In this document: positions 1 through 10,966 of the stretch, piece after piece
How the letters are laid out: the number at the start of each line of letters is the position of its first letter
How positions within the stretch are numbered: position 1 is the first letter of the stretch
NCBI GenBank assembly: GCA_964437705.1
Contig: CAYTHX010000001.1
Coordinates: 18,698 to 82,697, forward strand
Direction: 5' to 3'
Length of the DNA stretch: 64,000 bases
Origin: an uncultured Nitrososphaeria archaeon
Lineage (GTDB): Archaea; Thermoproteota; Nitrososphaeria; Geothermarchaeales; JDFR-13
Translations under genes and position numbers: made by a program
The notes under the pieces: model-generated
What the model saw: the letters and a program-made list of their open reading frames with translations, nothing else
Told to the model about the DNA's origin: nothing
The model's database searches: none

Positions 1-1
1 A

Positions 2-400
2 AGTATACGGCTTGAAATCGCTGAAAAAAGTTTCGAAAAAGCAAAAATTTACTTGAAGAGGGGAGATGTTGTACAGGCTTCTGAGAAACTTTATAAAACA
101 GTTGAGGAGTGCTTAAAAATTCTCGCTCAAATATATAAGCTTCCATATTATGAGGAGGCAATTAGTGAGGGGAGGTGGTGGACACAGCTATTAGGTAAAA
201 CTGCTAGAAGACTTTCTAAGGAACTTAATGAGCCAATGTTAGTTGATGTATGGTCTAGAGCATATGATATTCATGTATGGGGATTTCATGAATCGAAATA
301 TACTATTGAAGATATTACAGATGAGGATCTTAAAAATATTGAGTGGTTAATTAAATATACTAAGGAAACTGTGAGAAAAAGGTTATCTAGTAAATCGTAA
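2..400 (+). CDS. PaREP1 family protein (5' truncated by window edge)
   Basis: GDVVQASEKLYK..EE..K.LA and GRWWT/LH..GFHE-like motifs typical of PaREP1; the frame is open back to position 2. Confidence 0.85.
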   Translation, partial: SIRLEIAEKSFEKAKIYLKRGDVVQASEKLYKTVEECLKILAQIYKLPYYEEAISEGRWWTQLLGKTARRLSKELNEPMLVDVWSRAYDIHVWGFHESKYTIEDITDEDLKNIEWLIKYTKETVRKRLSSKS

Positions 401-408
401 CTTTATCA

Positions 409-1674
409 CTATTTATCCCACACTGCTCTTATAAAATCCCCTCTTCTCTCTGGATTATGTATTGTTGCATCTATTCCCCATTTAGCAGTTTTCCTTGTTA
501 TTCGATTTGCAGATGGATCTAGGGAAGAACCTATTTGATCTGGATATATGTATATATCTCTATCCGGCTGTACTCTAGTTGCAATCGCCCACTCAACATC
601 ATTTGGATCATATATGTTAATATCGTCTTCAACAATCACGACGAGTTTAAGTGATTTGTGTCCCTTAAATGCTGCTTCGATAGCTTTCTTTCCATCTTCC
701 TCACTCTTCTTTCTAATCTGTATTATACAGTGAAGCCATGAACAACCTCCTGGAGTAATATATACTGCTTTACAGTCAACACCGGCTTTCCTAACCTCTC
801 TGAGTACAGTTGGTTCGCGAGACATTCCCATGAGTAATTTATGTTCTGGCCCAGCTGGTAGTATAGCGTGGTAAAAGGCATTTTCCCTGACATAAATCCT
901 CTTTATCTTTACAACAGGCTGTTTCCTAATAATATCATATGTACCAGTTATATCTACAAATGGACCTTCATCGTGTAACTCTCCAGTTAATTCTCCTATC
1001 AAAACGATCTCTGCCTTAGTTCCTATAACTCCATCAAAATCTACAAGATTGATCTCTTTAATTGCATTTGCTATGTCAAGTTCAGATACACCAAGCTCAG
1101 GAGACATAGCGCTAGCAACTAATACTTCAGGGGTATTTCCTATACATATAGCGAATTCCTTTAGGCCTCTTTCGATATATAAGTGTAGATGTCTAGGTAC
1201 AACCCTCATTACAAGCTTATCCCTAGAAATCTGCATCATCCTATGGTAAGAAGCGTTTAATCCATACTCCTCATCATAAGCAACAACTATACTAGCGGTA
1301 GTATAATACCCACCATCTCCAGGATAATGAAATAACAAGGGGAGATTATTGAGGTCAACATTAATCCTTCTATATTCATCTGGAGGAATAATATTAGGTT
1401 TCTTTCTCTTATCAATAGCATTCAAGAGGAAGTCAGCTAGTTCACTAGGTGGAACACCGAAATATCTAGCTAGTAACTCTCTACTACCAACAATATTAGC
1501 TAAAACAGGATAATCAGAAATCCTACCATCTCTTAACATAACATTCTCAAATAATATCGGTTTACAATTAGCCTCCTTAATTAACTTAGCAATCTCAAGC
1601 TTAACAGACACTTCTCTTTCAACTCTAATAAGCTCACCCTCTAAAAAACCATATTCAGAATGCAACTTAAACAT
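409..1674 (-). CDS. UbiD family prFMN-dependent decarboxylase (probably anhydromevalonate-phosphate decarboxylase type)
   Basis: NASYHRM, EGPFVDITGTYD, DINIYDPNDVEWAIATR and GSSLDPS motifs; short 421-aa archaeal form. Confidence 0.9.
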   Translation of the reverse strand: MFKLHSEYGFLEGELIRVEREVSVKLEIAKLIKEANCKPILFENVMLRDGRISDYPVLANIVGSRELLARYFGVPPSELADFLLNAIDKRKKPNIIPPDEYRRINVDLNNLPLLFHYPGDGGYYTTASIVVAYDEEYGLNASYHRMMQISRDKLVMRVVPRHLHLYIERGLKEFAICIGNTPEVLVASAMSPELGVSELDIANAIKEINLVDFDGVIGTKAEIVLIGELTGELHDEGPFVDITGTYDIIRKQPVVKIKRIYVRENAFYHAILPAGPEHKLLMGMSREPTVLREVRKAGVDCKAVYITPGGCSWLHCIIQIRKKSEEDGKKAIEAAFKGHKSLKLVVIVEDDINIYDPNDVEWAIATRVQPDRDIYIYPDQIGSSLDPSANRITRKTAKWGIDATIHNPERRGDFIRAVWDK

Positions 1675-1823
1675 ATATTCACCTCAATAAACGCGACATT
1701 ACCAAAAATTAACATTTTAATCAAACATTAATATTAATTTCCAGAAAAACGCATTTTTCGGAAGCCTAAATTTAGAGATTTCTCTAGATAACGACGAAGC
1801 CATCATATTTGAACATAAAATAA

Positions 1824-2201
1824 CTATAATATTGTATCTTTAGACTCCATATCTAGCTTTTCCCTCAACTTTTGAAATAGAAGATACAGCTTTGCTACTC
1901 TTTCTATAAACTTCTCTGGAGACTCGATAGACGTTACTACACTACTTAGCTTTAATACTGCATATTTTCTAGGCTGCTTCTCACTCATATTAACTACTAA
2001 TGTAAACCTCTTTTCATCTGGATAATAATCTAGATAATACTTCCACTTTGAATCTTTCGAGGCCTCAGCCAACTTAACTGTTTTTACCTTCATTTCATTA
2101 GCAAGAACTTTCTCATCTATCTTATTGAATTCTTCTTCAATTCGTTTGACTAATCTATCTATCTCCTCATCAGTAACCTCGATATTAAATGTATACTTCA
2201 T
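1824..2201 (-). CDS. hypothetical protein
   Basis: 125-aa ORF with GGAGGTG ribosome-binding site upstream; no recognised motif. Confidence 0.65.
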   Translation of the reverse strand: MKYTFNIEVTDEEIDRLVKRIEEEFNKIDEKVLANEMKVKTVKLAEASKDSKWKYYLDYYPDEKRFTLVVNMSEKQPRKYAVLKLSSVVTSIESPEKFIERVAKLYLLFQKLREKLDMESKDTIL

Positions 2202-2317
2202 AGCTACACCTCCACGAGTAACTAATATAGCTAAGAAATATAATGATCTACATCTCGATACTTTCTATCAAAGAAATATTCTATGGTATTACTACCTTTA
2301 GTTATGGGGCGTCGTAA

Positions 2318-2935
2318 TTGACTCATAACTCTAGCTTTACTATTGGTAGAGATTTTAAGCCCTCTCCTCAATTTAAGAAACTTTACTACATCTACTTTAT
2401 TTCAGCCGTAGTATTTGGAGTGTTGTGGTGGCTTATTCCCCTAATACTCCTAGCCTTTATATTCCCAGATGTAGTGATAATAGGTATAAGCATAATAATA
2501 TGCATACCCACCATTATTACACTAATATTCATACTACTTTGGATTTCTAAATACTATGATTCTATCACATATAGATTGACGGAAAATGAGATAATTTGTA
2601 AGAGGGGTGTCTAGTTTAAACGTGTTGGTGTAGTTCCGTATAATAGGATTACAAATATAGATGTAGTTCAGGGACCTATTTCTAGAAAACTTAGGATAGC
2701 TTCACTTAAGATTCAGACAGCAGGGTATTCCGGATAACCAGGAGCAGAGGCGAGAATCGACGGTATTGAGAACTATGAGGAACTTAAGGAACTTATTATA
2801 AAGCTTGTTAAAGGTAAAAGACACGTTGCTATCGAAACATTTGAATCTGAAGAAGATATAAATGCTAAGATTCTAGGTGAATTAATTAGAATTAGGGAAC
2901 TCTTGGAAAAAATTTTGGAGAAACAGAGAACCTAA
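2318..2935 (+). pseudogene. YdbS-like bacterial-PH-domain membrane protein with two in-frame stops
   Basis: The frame continues past TAG 2612-2614 (RGV*FKRVGVVPYNRITNIDVVQGP...LKIQTAG) and TAA 2735-2737 to a stop at 2933-2935. Confidence 0.85.
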
Positions 2936-3152
2936 GAATTTTATAAACTTGATTTTTCTTTTTTGAAAAAAGATATAGATATTATTGCTGTAATTTTGAT
3001 ATATTAACTTATGATAATTCTTAACGCGAAATTTAGTATTTTTTAACTGTTGTTTTGATGGTTTTTCTCTGTATCTCTGATGAATCGATTAAGTCGAAAG
3101 ATTATAATACCTTTATGTCAAATTATCTATTTGACATATTTATCTAGATGAG

Positions 3153-6100
3153 GTGAGCCTATTCTTGAGAGTAGGCTCGCTACTTTTAATTCTTCTTTTA
3201 GTTTTCTCCATGATTAGCTATGTACCTATAGCCATACATAGCCAGTCCACTCTCTACACTATTGAGCATGGTATCTATGGAGCTAATTTCTATCCTAGGT
3301 TCAGAGCAATTGAAATTGTGGGTGCAGAAGATTACAGCTATTATCCTATTATGGCAACTACAACTAGTGATGTCTATGTTGTAAAGCTTCCTGAGGAGGT
3401 AGATGATGTTAAGGTACAGGTTTCAACACTTCATGCACATGGAGTAAAGCATTTAGCATATAGATCATTATGTTCTGTTCCAGACTTTGGTATGCTACAG
3501 TATATCCTTACATATTATAACCTTACCCCAGAAGAATATGGAAGAATGGATCTAAATGGAACCTATGTATGGAGAATTCCTAACCGGATAGTTGACTGGA
3601 CTATACTTTTACATCATGGTAGGGAGAAAACACAAGATTTCGAAGTCAAATTTTTAAAGCTAATTTTCGACTCTGGAATGGATGGAATACAGCTTGACTC
3701 CGGATCAGGAGACTACAATAATATGATTGGAGCTTGGAGCTTCGATCCAGAAAGCATGGAGAAATTTAATGAGTTTCTATCATCTAAGTATACTGCTGGA
3801 GAACTTCTCGAAAAGTTTGGTATTGAAGATATCAGTAAATTTAACTTTAGAGAATATCTCCTATCTCTTGGCTATAAATGTGATGCAGATCTTGGAGTTG
3901 AGGGTCCTCAATATCCAATTGAAGCTAAACGTTTATGGCAAGAATTCATGGAATTCAACCTAAAGAATCTACTTGATCTCTATAGAAAGCTACATGAAGC
4001 TGTCGAGGCTTGGAAGAAGGAAACTGGAAGAGAGTTTGTTATTTTAACGAATATTCCTGAAGCTCACCTCCTCAACTTTTGGGGTAGAAGATTTAACTTC
4101 ATATATGTCCTGCAGTATGTATCTGGCTTAGGATCAGAGTTCAGCTGGGAAGACTTAACATTTCCAAATAGAACTGGAGCTACGGTATTTAAGATACTCC
4201 TTTCACTGAATAAGACATTTCTCCCTTGGCTTATGCCTGTAGATCCTTATCCATGGTTTACCGTATGGGCGAGAAGCCCAGATCCCGAGGAGCAGTACCT
4301 AGCCTTAGCTGAGACGATAGTATATAATAGCTGGATAGACCTACAATTTATACGTAAGAGCACAAATCCTCAGCGAGGATTAAAATTTGTAGATTTAGTG
4401 GTTAGGCATCCATACTTATTTGGTAATCAACCATTTGCTAAGATTGCCTTGGTCTATCCACTTACAACTGTAAGATATGCAGAGCCCCTTCCATATCCAT
4501 TTAGATATGGATATCCAGATTATGAGGGTATGTTCTACTTATTAGCTGATAGCCATAGATTATTCGATATAGTGGTATTTGGCGATAACTACTTCTATAA
4601 TCACACTCCATCCTTAGGGGAACTTCAAAAGTACGATGCACTAATACTTTCAAATGCAACTTACTTAACAGATGAACAGGTAGAACTTCTACTAGAATAT
4701 GTTAGGAATGGTGGCATTCTAATAGGTGTAGGAGAAATAGGGACACATAATGAACGTGGTGAAATAGCATATAGACCAGAGTTTACTTCACTATTTGATG
4801 GTACTATAAAGCACTATGGTAATGGTATTGTAGCATCTATAACCGAAAATATTGCTGTAGAATATCTTGTTAAGAGATACTATTATGATCCAGAAGCTAA
4901 AGATATACTTAATACATTTAAGCAGCTTATGGATCAAGTAATACCACCATTTATAAACACAAATTTAGCTGGAAGAGCGCACATACAATGCTATATTAAC
5001 CATGATAGACAAAGCTTTATACTAGACATCTTAAATTACAACTATGATTTTAATGCTGATAAAGTGATATGGCAGGAGAATATTTCTCTATCATTTGATT
5101 TACCATCTTTCCTACATGGTAAAGATCTACAAGTGAAGGTCTATACTGAAGAGTGTATTGACGGCACAGAAGTGCCATTTACTATAGAAAATGGTAAGAT
5201 TTCAATTAGTATTCCGGAGATTCCTATTCTTTGTATTGTTGAAGTGAAGCCTAAGGAGGTAGTCGTTACAGATGAAATTACAAGTCCAACAACAATTAGT
5301 GATAGTACAATTACTATATCAAATGATTTAGTAGTACATTCAAACTTAACCTTAATTAATGTTACAGTTAATGTTGATTCAGATAGAGACGTTGGTATTG
5401 AGGTCCTTCCTGGTGGAAGCTTAGTAATGGTTAATACTGTTATTCGTAAGGTTGGCTCTAGTGGATATTACCTTAGAGTTCATAAGGGAGCAAAGGTATA
5501 TATGGAAAACGTTGATATTAGTAGTGCTGGTATTCCTCAGTACCGATATATGGAGGGTATTTTTATAGAAACAAATGATGTGATAATATTGAAAAGTAGC
5601 TTCCATGATAGTTATGGATTTGGGCTTCAATTAATGGGTTCTTCAAATGTACTAATAAGTAACTGTAAGTTTTATAGTAATAGGCTTGGACTACAGCTAT
5701 TCAATTCATCATTAGTTTCTATAGTTAACTGTAACTTCTCTAATAATGGATGTGGACTATTTACACTTGAATCCGAATACGTAACTGTTGATAAATGTAC
5801 TTTTGCTGATAATTTATGGGTTGGAGCTATATCTAAGAAGGCAGAGTTTTTCTCTATAATGAATTGTAAGGTTTATAATTCTAAGGATGCTGGTATCTAT
5901 CTACACCGCTCAACTCCAAAAGTATTTAACTGTGAAGTATTTAACTGTGGATTTGGCGTCTATACATACTTTAGTCCTATCGTTAATATAATCAGCAATT
6001 CTATACATGACAATGAAAATATTGGGGTAAAGCTCTTCGGAGTAGTATCAATGTTGAATAGTCTCTGGGGAGGAATACATTGCCCAACATTACTCGGTCA

Positions 6101-7631
6101 AGCAATCGTATCTAACAATTTAATAAGTGGCAATTTAATTGGGATATATGCTGATACAGATTACTTTAGAAATGAGTTTCTAAGAGTTACTAATAACACT
6201 ATTCAAGATAATCATATCGGCATATATGTTAGCAACTCTGAAGGCATTATAGCTGCAAATAACTTTATAAACAATGATATTCACATAAATGCTACAGATA
6301 TCGATAAAATATACCTTAACTATACAATTGGAAATTATTGGGATAACTATAGTGGCTCCGGACCGTATGAAGCGTTACCCGGCCTTTACGACTACCTACC
6401 ACTTAAGAAGCCTGCAGTTACATCTCCTGTAAGTGATTATAAACCTCCGATAATAAAGGTGAAGCATGTAGAGATAGATAAAGCGGCAGATCAAGTTAAT
6501 GCTAGATTAAAGTTTTATGTTTTAGATGATACTTGGCTTGCTAAAGGTAGATATCCGATACCATCACATTCATATAAAAACTTTATTGGTAAGTCATGGC
6601 CAGTTAATTGCCTAGGATATTTCTCATTTGTTCAGCTATGGGGGCCAAAGCTTGGTGGTGAACATCCATTCCTAGGCTTTTGCATGGAAATACTGCCTCC
6701 AGAGGTGATGTCACCATACTGTGAAGCTACAATTGACTTTGGATTTAGCATTCCAGCTGAACAGTTTGTAAATGTTACTATGGAGATATATTGCTTCGAC
6801 GCCTATGGTAATTTCGCTAGAAACGAAACTTTACCTCCAGAAATCGTTATCTGTGAAGTTCCACTATTAAAGGGCAATAAATTATATATCTATGCATTAG
6901 TTCAAGATTATAGTGAAGTTTCTAAAGTTATGCTTCTCTATGGTAGCAATATGGAGAAAAAAGTAGATATGAAGTTTGATGAAGATCTAGGTTTATACTA
7001 TGCTGAGCTAGATGCTCCAAATGCTACTATAAAGTATAAGGTTGTTGCCTATGATATTTATGGAAAGCTTGGAGAGAGTTCTGTAAAGCTATATATTCCT
7101 GGAGTTACACCAGTAACCATAATTGTATATCACTATGACTTTGAAATTTTCCCTGAGACAATATCACTTACTGTAGAGGTTAACGAGTTAGCAACTTATA
7201 CCTTCACAATTACTAACGTAGGTGACGATGAGGATACATACTATATTACTTGTGATAAAGGCGAGGTTTCACCAACTACTATAACACTTGCTCCAGGTGA
7301 ATCAGCTGAGATAGTATTTAAGTACTATGCATCAGCTACAGGTGTCGATGAATGTACAATAGTAGTTAAGTCTAGTAAAGATCCAAACGTTATTAAAGAA
7401 ATTAGAATGACGATAACAGTAACAGCTCCAGCTCTACCAACACAGGAAACAACAACACCAGAAAAGACGACTGAAGCTCCTCCAGAGGAGGTTACTCCAT
7501 CACCAACCCCACCAACTACTTCACCAGCGCCACCAGAGGAGAAACCAAAGTTAGATATATACATGATAATAGTCGTTGCTATAGTAATCATATGTATGCT
7601 TACACTAGTTATAAAGAAAGTACAGAAGTAG
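3153..7631 (+). CDS. large secreted, C-terminally anchored glycoside-hydrolase-like protein (TIM-barrel-like + GH42-trimerisation/GATase-like + right-handed beta-helix + Ig-like + P/T linker + TM)
   Basis: Signal peptide, DGIQLD, 'LQKYDALILSN..YL.DEQVELLLEYVRNGG.LI', NosD-like repeats ending IGNYWDNY, P/T-rich linker, C-terminal TM helix followed by KK. Confidence 0.7.
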   Translation: MSLFLRVGSLLLILLLVFSMISYVPIAIHSQSTLYTIEHGIYGANFYPRFRAIEIVGAEDYSYYPIMATTTSDVYVVKLPEEVDDVKVQVSTLHAHGVKHLAYRSLCSVPDFGMLQYILTYYNLTPEEYGRMDLNGTYVWRIPNRIVDWTILLHHGREKTQDFEVKFLKLIFDSGMDGIQLDSGSGDYNNMIGAWSFDPESMEKFNEFLSSKYTAGELLEKFGIEDISKFNFREYLLSLGYKCDADLGVEGPQYPIEAKRLWQEFMEFNLKNLLDLYRKLHEAVEAWKKETGREFVILTNIPEAHLLNFWGRRFNFIYVLQYVSGLGSEFSWEDLTFPNRTGATVFKILLSLNKTFLPWLMPVDPYPWFTVWARSPDPEEQYLALAETIVYNSWIDLQFIRKSTNPQRGLKFVDLVVRHPYLFGNQPFAKIALVYPLTTVRYAEPLPYPFRYGYPDYEGMFYLLADSHRLFDIVVFGDNYFYNHTPSLGELQKYDALILSNATYLTDEQVELLLEYVRNGGILIGVGEIGTHNERGEIAYRPEFTSLFDGTIKHYGNGIVASITENIAVEYLVKRYYYDPEAKDILNTFKQLMDQVIPPFINTNLAGRAHIQCYINHDRQSFILDILNYNYDFNADKVIWQENISLSFDLPSFLHGKDLQVKVYTEECIDGTEVPFTIENGKISISIPEIPILCIVEVKPKEVVVTDEITSPTTISDSTITISNDLVVHSNLTLINVTVNVDSDRDVGIEVLPGGSLVMVNTVIRKVGSSGYYLRVHKGAKVYMENVDISSAGIPQYRYMEGIFIETNDVIILKSSFHDSYGFGLQLMGSSNVLISNCKFYSNRLGLQLFNSSLVSIVNCNFSNNGCGLFTLESEYVTVDKCTFADNLWVGAISKKAEFFSIMNCKVYNSKDAGIYLHRSTPKVFNCEVFNCGFGVYTYFSPIVNIISNSIHDNENIGVKLFGVVSMLNSLWGGIHCPTLLGQAIVSNNLISGNLIGIYADTDYFRNEFLRVTNNTIQDNHIGIYVSNSEGIIAANNFINNDIHINATDIDKIYLNYTIGNYWDNYSGSGPYEALPGLYDYLPLKKPAVTSPVSDYKPPIIKVKHVEIDKAADQVNARLKFYVLDDTWLAKGRYPIPSHSYKNFIGKSWPVNCLGYFSFVQLWGPKLGGEHPFLGFCMEILPPEVMSPYCEATIDFGFSIPAEQFVNVTMEIYCFDAYGNFARNETLPPEIVICEVPLLKGNKLYIYALVQDYSEVSKVMLLYGSNMEKKVDMKFDEDLGLYYAELDAPNATIKYKVVAYDIYGKLGESSVKLYIPGVTPVTIIVYHYDFEIFPETISLTVEVNELATYTFTITNVGDDEDTYYITCDKGEVSPTTITLAPGESAEIVFKYYASATGVDECTIVVKSSKDPNVIKEIRMTITVTAPALPTQETTTPEKTTEAPPEEVTPSPTPPTTSPAPPEEKPKLDIYMIIVVAIVIICMLTLVIKKVQK

Positions 7632-7787
7632 AAATTCCCTCTCCTCTTATTATTCTACTTTTTTACTATCCCAGTTCTAAAGTAGAGACTAAAGTATCAT
7701 ATATTAACTAAGTAAAATAATTTAGACATTCATTTTTAGCGATCTTTAAAATAATATCCAAGTTCTTACATAAAGAGTATTTTTTAT

Positions 7788-8993
7788 TTAGTATTTAATT
7801 AGTGGACTTAGTATTAATGTTAAAACTGTTACTACTATTATTGGTGTTGACATTACAATAATTAGTGGAGATAGATTTAAGTTTATAATTTTAATACTCC
7901 TTGGTAGTATATCATAGAGGTAACCCGCTAGAGCTGAACCTAATACGTTACCAGCATTAGCTAATGCATTAATTAACCCTATTATTATGCCTCCGGAAGT
8001 TGGATGTGAAACTCCAATCTTTCTAGCTATTGGAACTATACTTGCAGCACCCGTATATACCAGTGCTAGTGATAATATTGATATCCATCCAACCTCTATA
8101 CTTAAAATTAATGCGCCAAAAACACAAGATAACAGTGCTATTTTTAATGCATACCTACCTGTATATTTATCTGAAATCCAGCTAATTGGATAGCTAAGTA
8201 ATAGACCAAATAGAGAAGCTAATGCTATAAAACTAGCGACAAGGCTCTTTTCAAGCCTTAAATACTCATTCATATAGATATATATTAAATCTCCTCGAGT
8301 GACTGAATTGAAAAATCCGACTCCAAGCACGATAATAAGTAATGAAAATATTTCAATTTTTGATATTATACTACTATAACTTTGTCTAGGTAACTCAGTG
8401 GTAACTAATTTAACCTCTTCCTTAGATTCTAGCGTTACTAAAGTTTTAATCTTACACTTAATAATTAGTGTCAAGAATGATGAAATTAAGAACGCTATTG
8501 TAGAGATTAAGAGTATATACCTTAGGGGTTCTTTAGATATTACTGCATAAAGCATATTTCCACCCATTACACCTAGTGACCCAGCTATAAAATATGCAGA
8601 GTAAACTCTACCTCTAATTGAGTATTTAACAGATAATCCTAGTATTGTCTGTATAGGAACCCATGCTAATCCATTAAGGATACCCTGAATAAATCGGATA
8701 AATAATATTTGACTTAAGTTTATAGCGTAGCTATACGTATATACTGCAAATGCATTTAAGAAGAAGGATATTATAGGTAGATATAGCGTTTTCTGCTTAT
8801 ACTTATCTGATAATCTACCAGAGATTACTGCTGATAAAGCTCTCGCGATAAAAAATATAGATGTTAAGAGTCCTATTCCGAAAGCCGACGCTTCCAATAC
8901 ATTACGTGTATAAAAAGCTACCGCTGGCATACTTAACCTAAATGCAAATGACCCTGTAAAGGCAATTATTATGAATAGAAATACTTCCAGCAG
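7788..8993 (-). CDS. MFS transporter (start probably upstream of the annotated ATG at 8930)
   Basis: GRLSDKY motif A, RFIQG, about 12 TM helices; the frame extends upstream through a hydrophobic TM1 to CTG at 8993. Confidence 0.85.
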   Translation of the reverse strand: MLEVFLFIIIAFTGSFAFRLSMPAVAFYTRNVLEASAFGIGLLTSIFFIARALSAVISGRLSDKYKQKTLYLPIISFFLNAFAVYTYSYAINLSQILFIRFIQGILNGLAWVPIQTILGLSVKYSIRGRVYSAYFIAGSLGVMGGNMLYAVISKEPLRYILLISTIAFLISSFLTLIIKCKIKTLVTLESKEEVKLVTTELPRQSYSSIISKIEIFSLLIIVLGVGFFNSVTRGDLIYIYMNEYLRLEKSLVASFIALASLFGLLLSYPISWISDKYTGRYALKIALLSCVFGALILSIEVGWISILSLALVYTGAASIVPIARKIGVSHPTSGGIIIGLINALANAGNVLGSALAGYLYDILPRSIKIINLNLSPLIIVMSTPIIVVTVLTLILSPLIKY

Positions 8994-9137
8994 GTTGATT
9001 CACCAAAAAATTAGTTTATTACATTTTAAAAGGTAATTATATTGATATATAACTGCTGAAAACGATACATTTACACATATGTTAATTTATTGACACAGAA
9101 CATTTTCACGCCGAGAACTTTTAGTGTTCAAAATAAG

Positions 9138-9566
9138 TTAGAGTTCTGGTGAGATATTGAGTGAGCTGGTGGCTTTTATCGCTTCTCTCTTCGCATCTTC
9201 AACAATTTTTTTAACCTCTAAAGCTTTCTCCTCTTTCTCTATAGTAGTCTCACCATCGTCATATGCCTCAAGAATCGGCTTTATAGCATCAGTTAACTCA
9301 ATCTCCTTTTTTACGAAGTTTATAGCTAGTGAAATTGTCTTTTCATCATCTGCCTTCTCTAGAATCCTTTTTACAACAATAAGGCTTCTTATATTTTTCA
9401 CAATAACATCCAACTCAGCCATATAGAGTATTTTTTCACAATCATCAAGCTTAATCATAGAAGATAAAATCTTATTATACTTTCTCATTAAATCTTCAAT
9501 TTTCTTATCGAAATCTATACCTAACACACTATTTTCGTGCGACATATTATCCCTCAAACTACTCAA
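9138..9566 (-). CDS. hypothetical helical protein
   Basis: 142-aa charged helical ORF; no motif recognised. Confidence 0.55.
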   Translation of the reverse strand: MSSLRDNMSHENSVLGIDFDKKIEDLMRKYNKILSSMIKLDDCEKILYMAELDVIVKNIRSLIVVKRILEKADDEKTISLAINFVKKEIELTDAIKPILEAYDDGETTIEKEEKALEVKKIVEDAKREAIKATSSLNISPEL

Positions 9567-9768
9567 GATACCCCTATATCTTAATTATCTTCATATCTAC
9601 ATTCTTATAAATTTTATTGTATTAAACCAGTAATTAGATTTTTATGTCTCCCCACCATATTATACTGCATAAATTTATTTAATCAAACTGTACTTTAGTG
9701 TATCCATAGGAAGTACCATAAGGATAAATTAATAAAGACATACAATTTTGAACTAAGATTATTATAGT

Positions 9769-10416
9769 ATGAAAATTCTACTATTTTCATGTATGCTTAT
9801 CGCATTTGATATGGATGGTACTTTAGTCGAAGGAAACAGCTGGGCTAGAATCAATAAACATTTTGGAGTTGAAGAAAAAGCGTTAAAATACATGAATGAT
9901 TATTTGCGTGGAGTTATAAGCTACCGTGAGTTTATGAATAATGTTATTAGATTGTGGGGTAATAATGTACATATAAAGGATATAGAGCGTATACTTGAAC
10001 GTTATAAGTTAATGCCTGGTGCTGAAGAGGTTATCTCAAGTCTTCGAAGCCATGGTTTTACTGTAGCAATTATTACAGTTGGCCTCGATATTTTAGCTAA
10101 TAAAATTGCTGATAAACTTGGTATTTCTCATGTTATTGCTAATGGAGTAGAAACTGATGAAAATGGCTATTTAACTGGAAATGGTATTTGTAGAGTTGAA
10201 CTAGGACATAAAGATAAAGCTCTAATTAAGTTAGCTGAGAAGCTCGATATACCCTTAAGCAAGACTATTGCTGTTGGCGACTCAAAATATGATAAGTCTA
10301 TGCTTGAAGTTTCTGGATTTGGCATAGCATACAATGCTGAACCAGAATTAGCCGAAATTGCTGACGCGTGCATAAATGATCTTAGAGAAATACTCAACTA
10401 TATTAAGAAAATTTAG
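9769..10416 (+). CDS. HAD-IB family phosphatase (phosphoserine phosphatase-like)
   Basis: FDMDGTLV motif I, conserved Lys, AVGDSKYD motif IV. Confidence 0.88.
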   Translation: MKILLFSCMLIAFDMDGTLVEGNSWARINKHFGVEEKALKYMNDYLRGVISYREFMNNVIRLWGNNVHIKDIERILERYKLMPGAEEVISSLRSHGFTVAIITVGLDILANKIADKLGISHVIANGVETDENGYLTGNGICRVELGHKDKALIKLAEKLDIPLSKTIAVGDSKYDKSMLEVSGFGIAYNAEPELAEIADACINDLREILNYIKKI

Positions 10417-10474
10417 CTAGAGCACTGAAAAGACCTCATCTTATTCTCTTATGTAGATAAATATTATTTATGAG

Positions 10475-10927
10475 ATGTCAAGTCTATGGGAAAATTTAAC
10501 GATTATTATTACCAGTGATGTTTTAGAATATAGAAGGAAAATTCGGGAGCTTATAAGTAAGGATGATCATGTTTTGGAGATTGGTTGTGCTTCTGGAAAA
10601 ACAACTAAGATTTTAGCTGAGATTTGTGCTAAGGTTTATGCTATAGATAAAAGTTTACCGGAAGTAAATAGAGCTAAGAATATTTTATCAAAATATGAAA
10701 ATGCATTTGTTGAGTGTTTAGATGCTTTCGATATAAAGAGTATCTTAAGTAGGGTTCGAGAAAATTTAGGAGGAAAAGTTGATGTAATACTAATTGATAT
10801 TGGTGGGTTAGAGGATCCAGGAAAAGTTATAAGCTTACTCTGGAGATACCTTCATATATTTAAACCAAGGCTCATAATAGTTAAAAACGCGCTACTAAAG
10901 AGAATAGCTAAAGCAATAAAAATATAG
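10475..10927 (+). CDS. small class I SAM-dependent methyltransferase
   Basis: VLEIGCASG motif I, YAID, LDA. Confidence 0.8.
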   Translation: MSSLWENLTIIITSDVLEYRRKIRELISKDDHVLEIGCASGKTTKILAEICAKVYAIDKSLPEVNRAKNILSKYENAFVECLDAFDIKSILSRVRENLGGKVDVILIDIGGLEDPGKVISLLWRYLHIFKPRLIIVKNALLKRIAKAIKI

Positions 10928-10966
10928 TATGAATTCTAGATCGTAACCAGAAGAATTTGCACTAGG

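Noticed and set aside
409-1674. UbiD as part of an aromatic-degradation pathway with the Mo enzyme
   Set aside because: It is about 47 kb away and resembles the housekeeping archaeal mevalonate-pathway type.
2612-2614. In-frame TAG as possible pyrrolysine or readthrough
   Set aside because: The position corresponds to a conserved Trp, a second in-frame TAA follows, and many genes here end in TAG.
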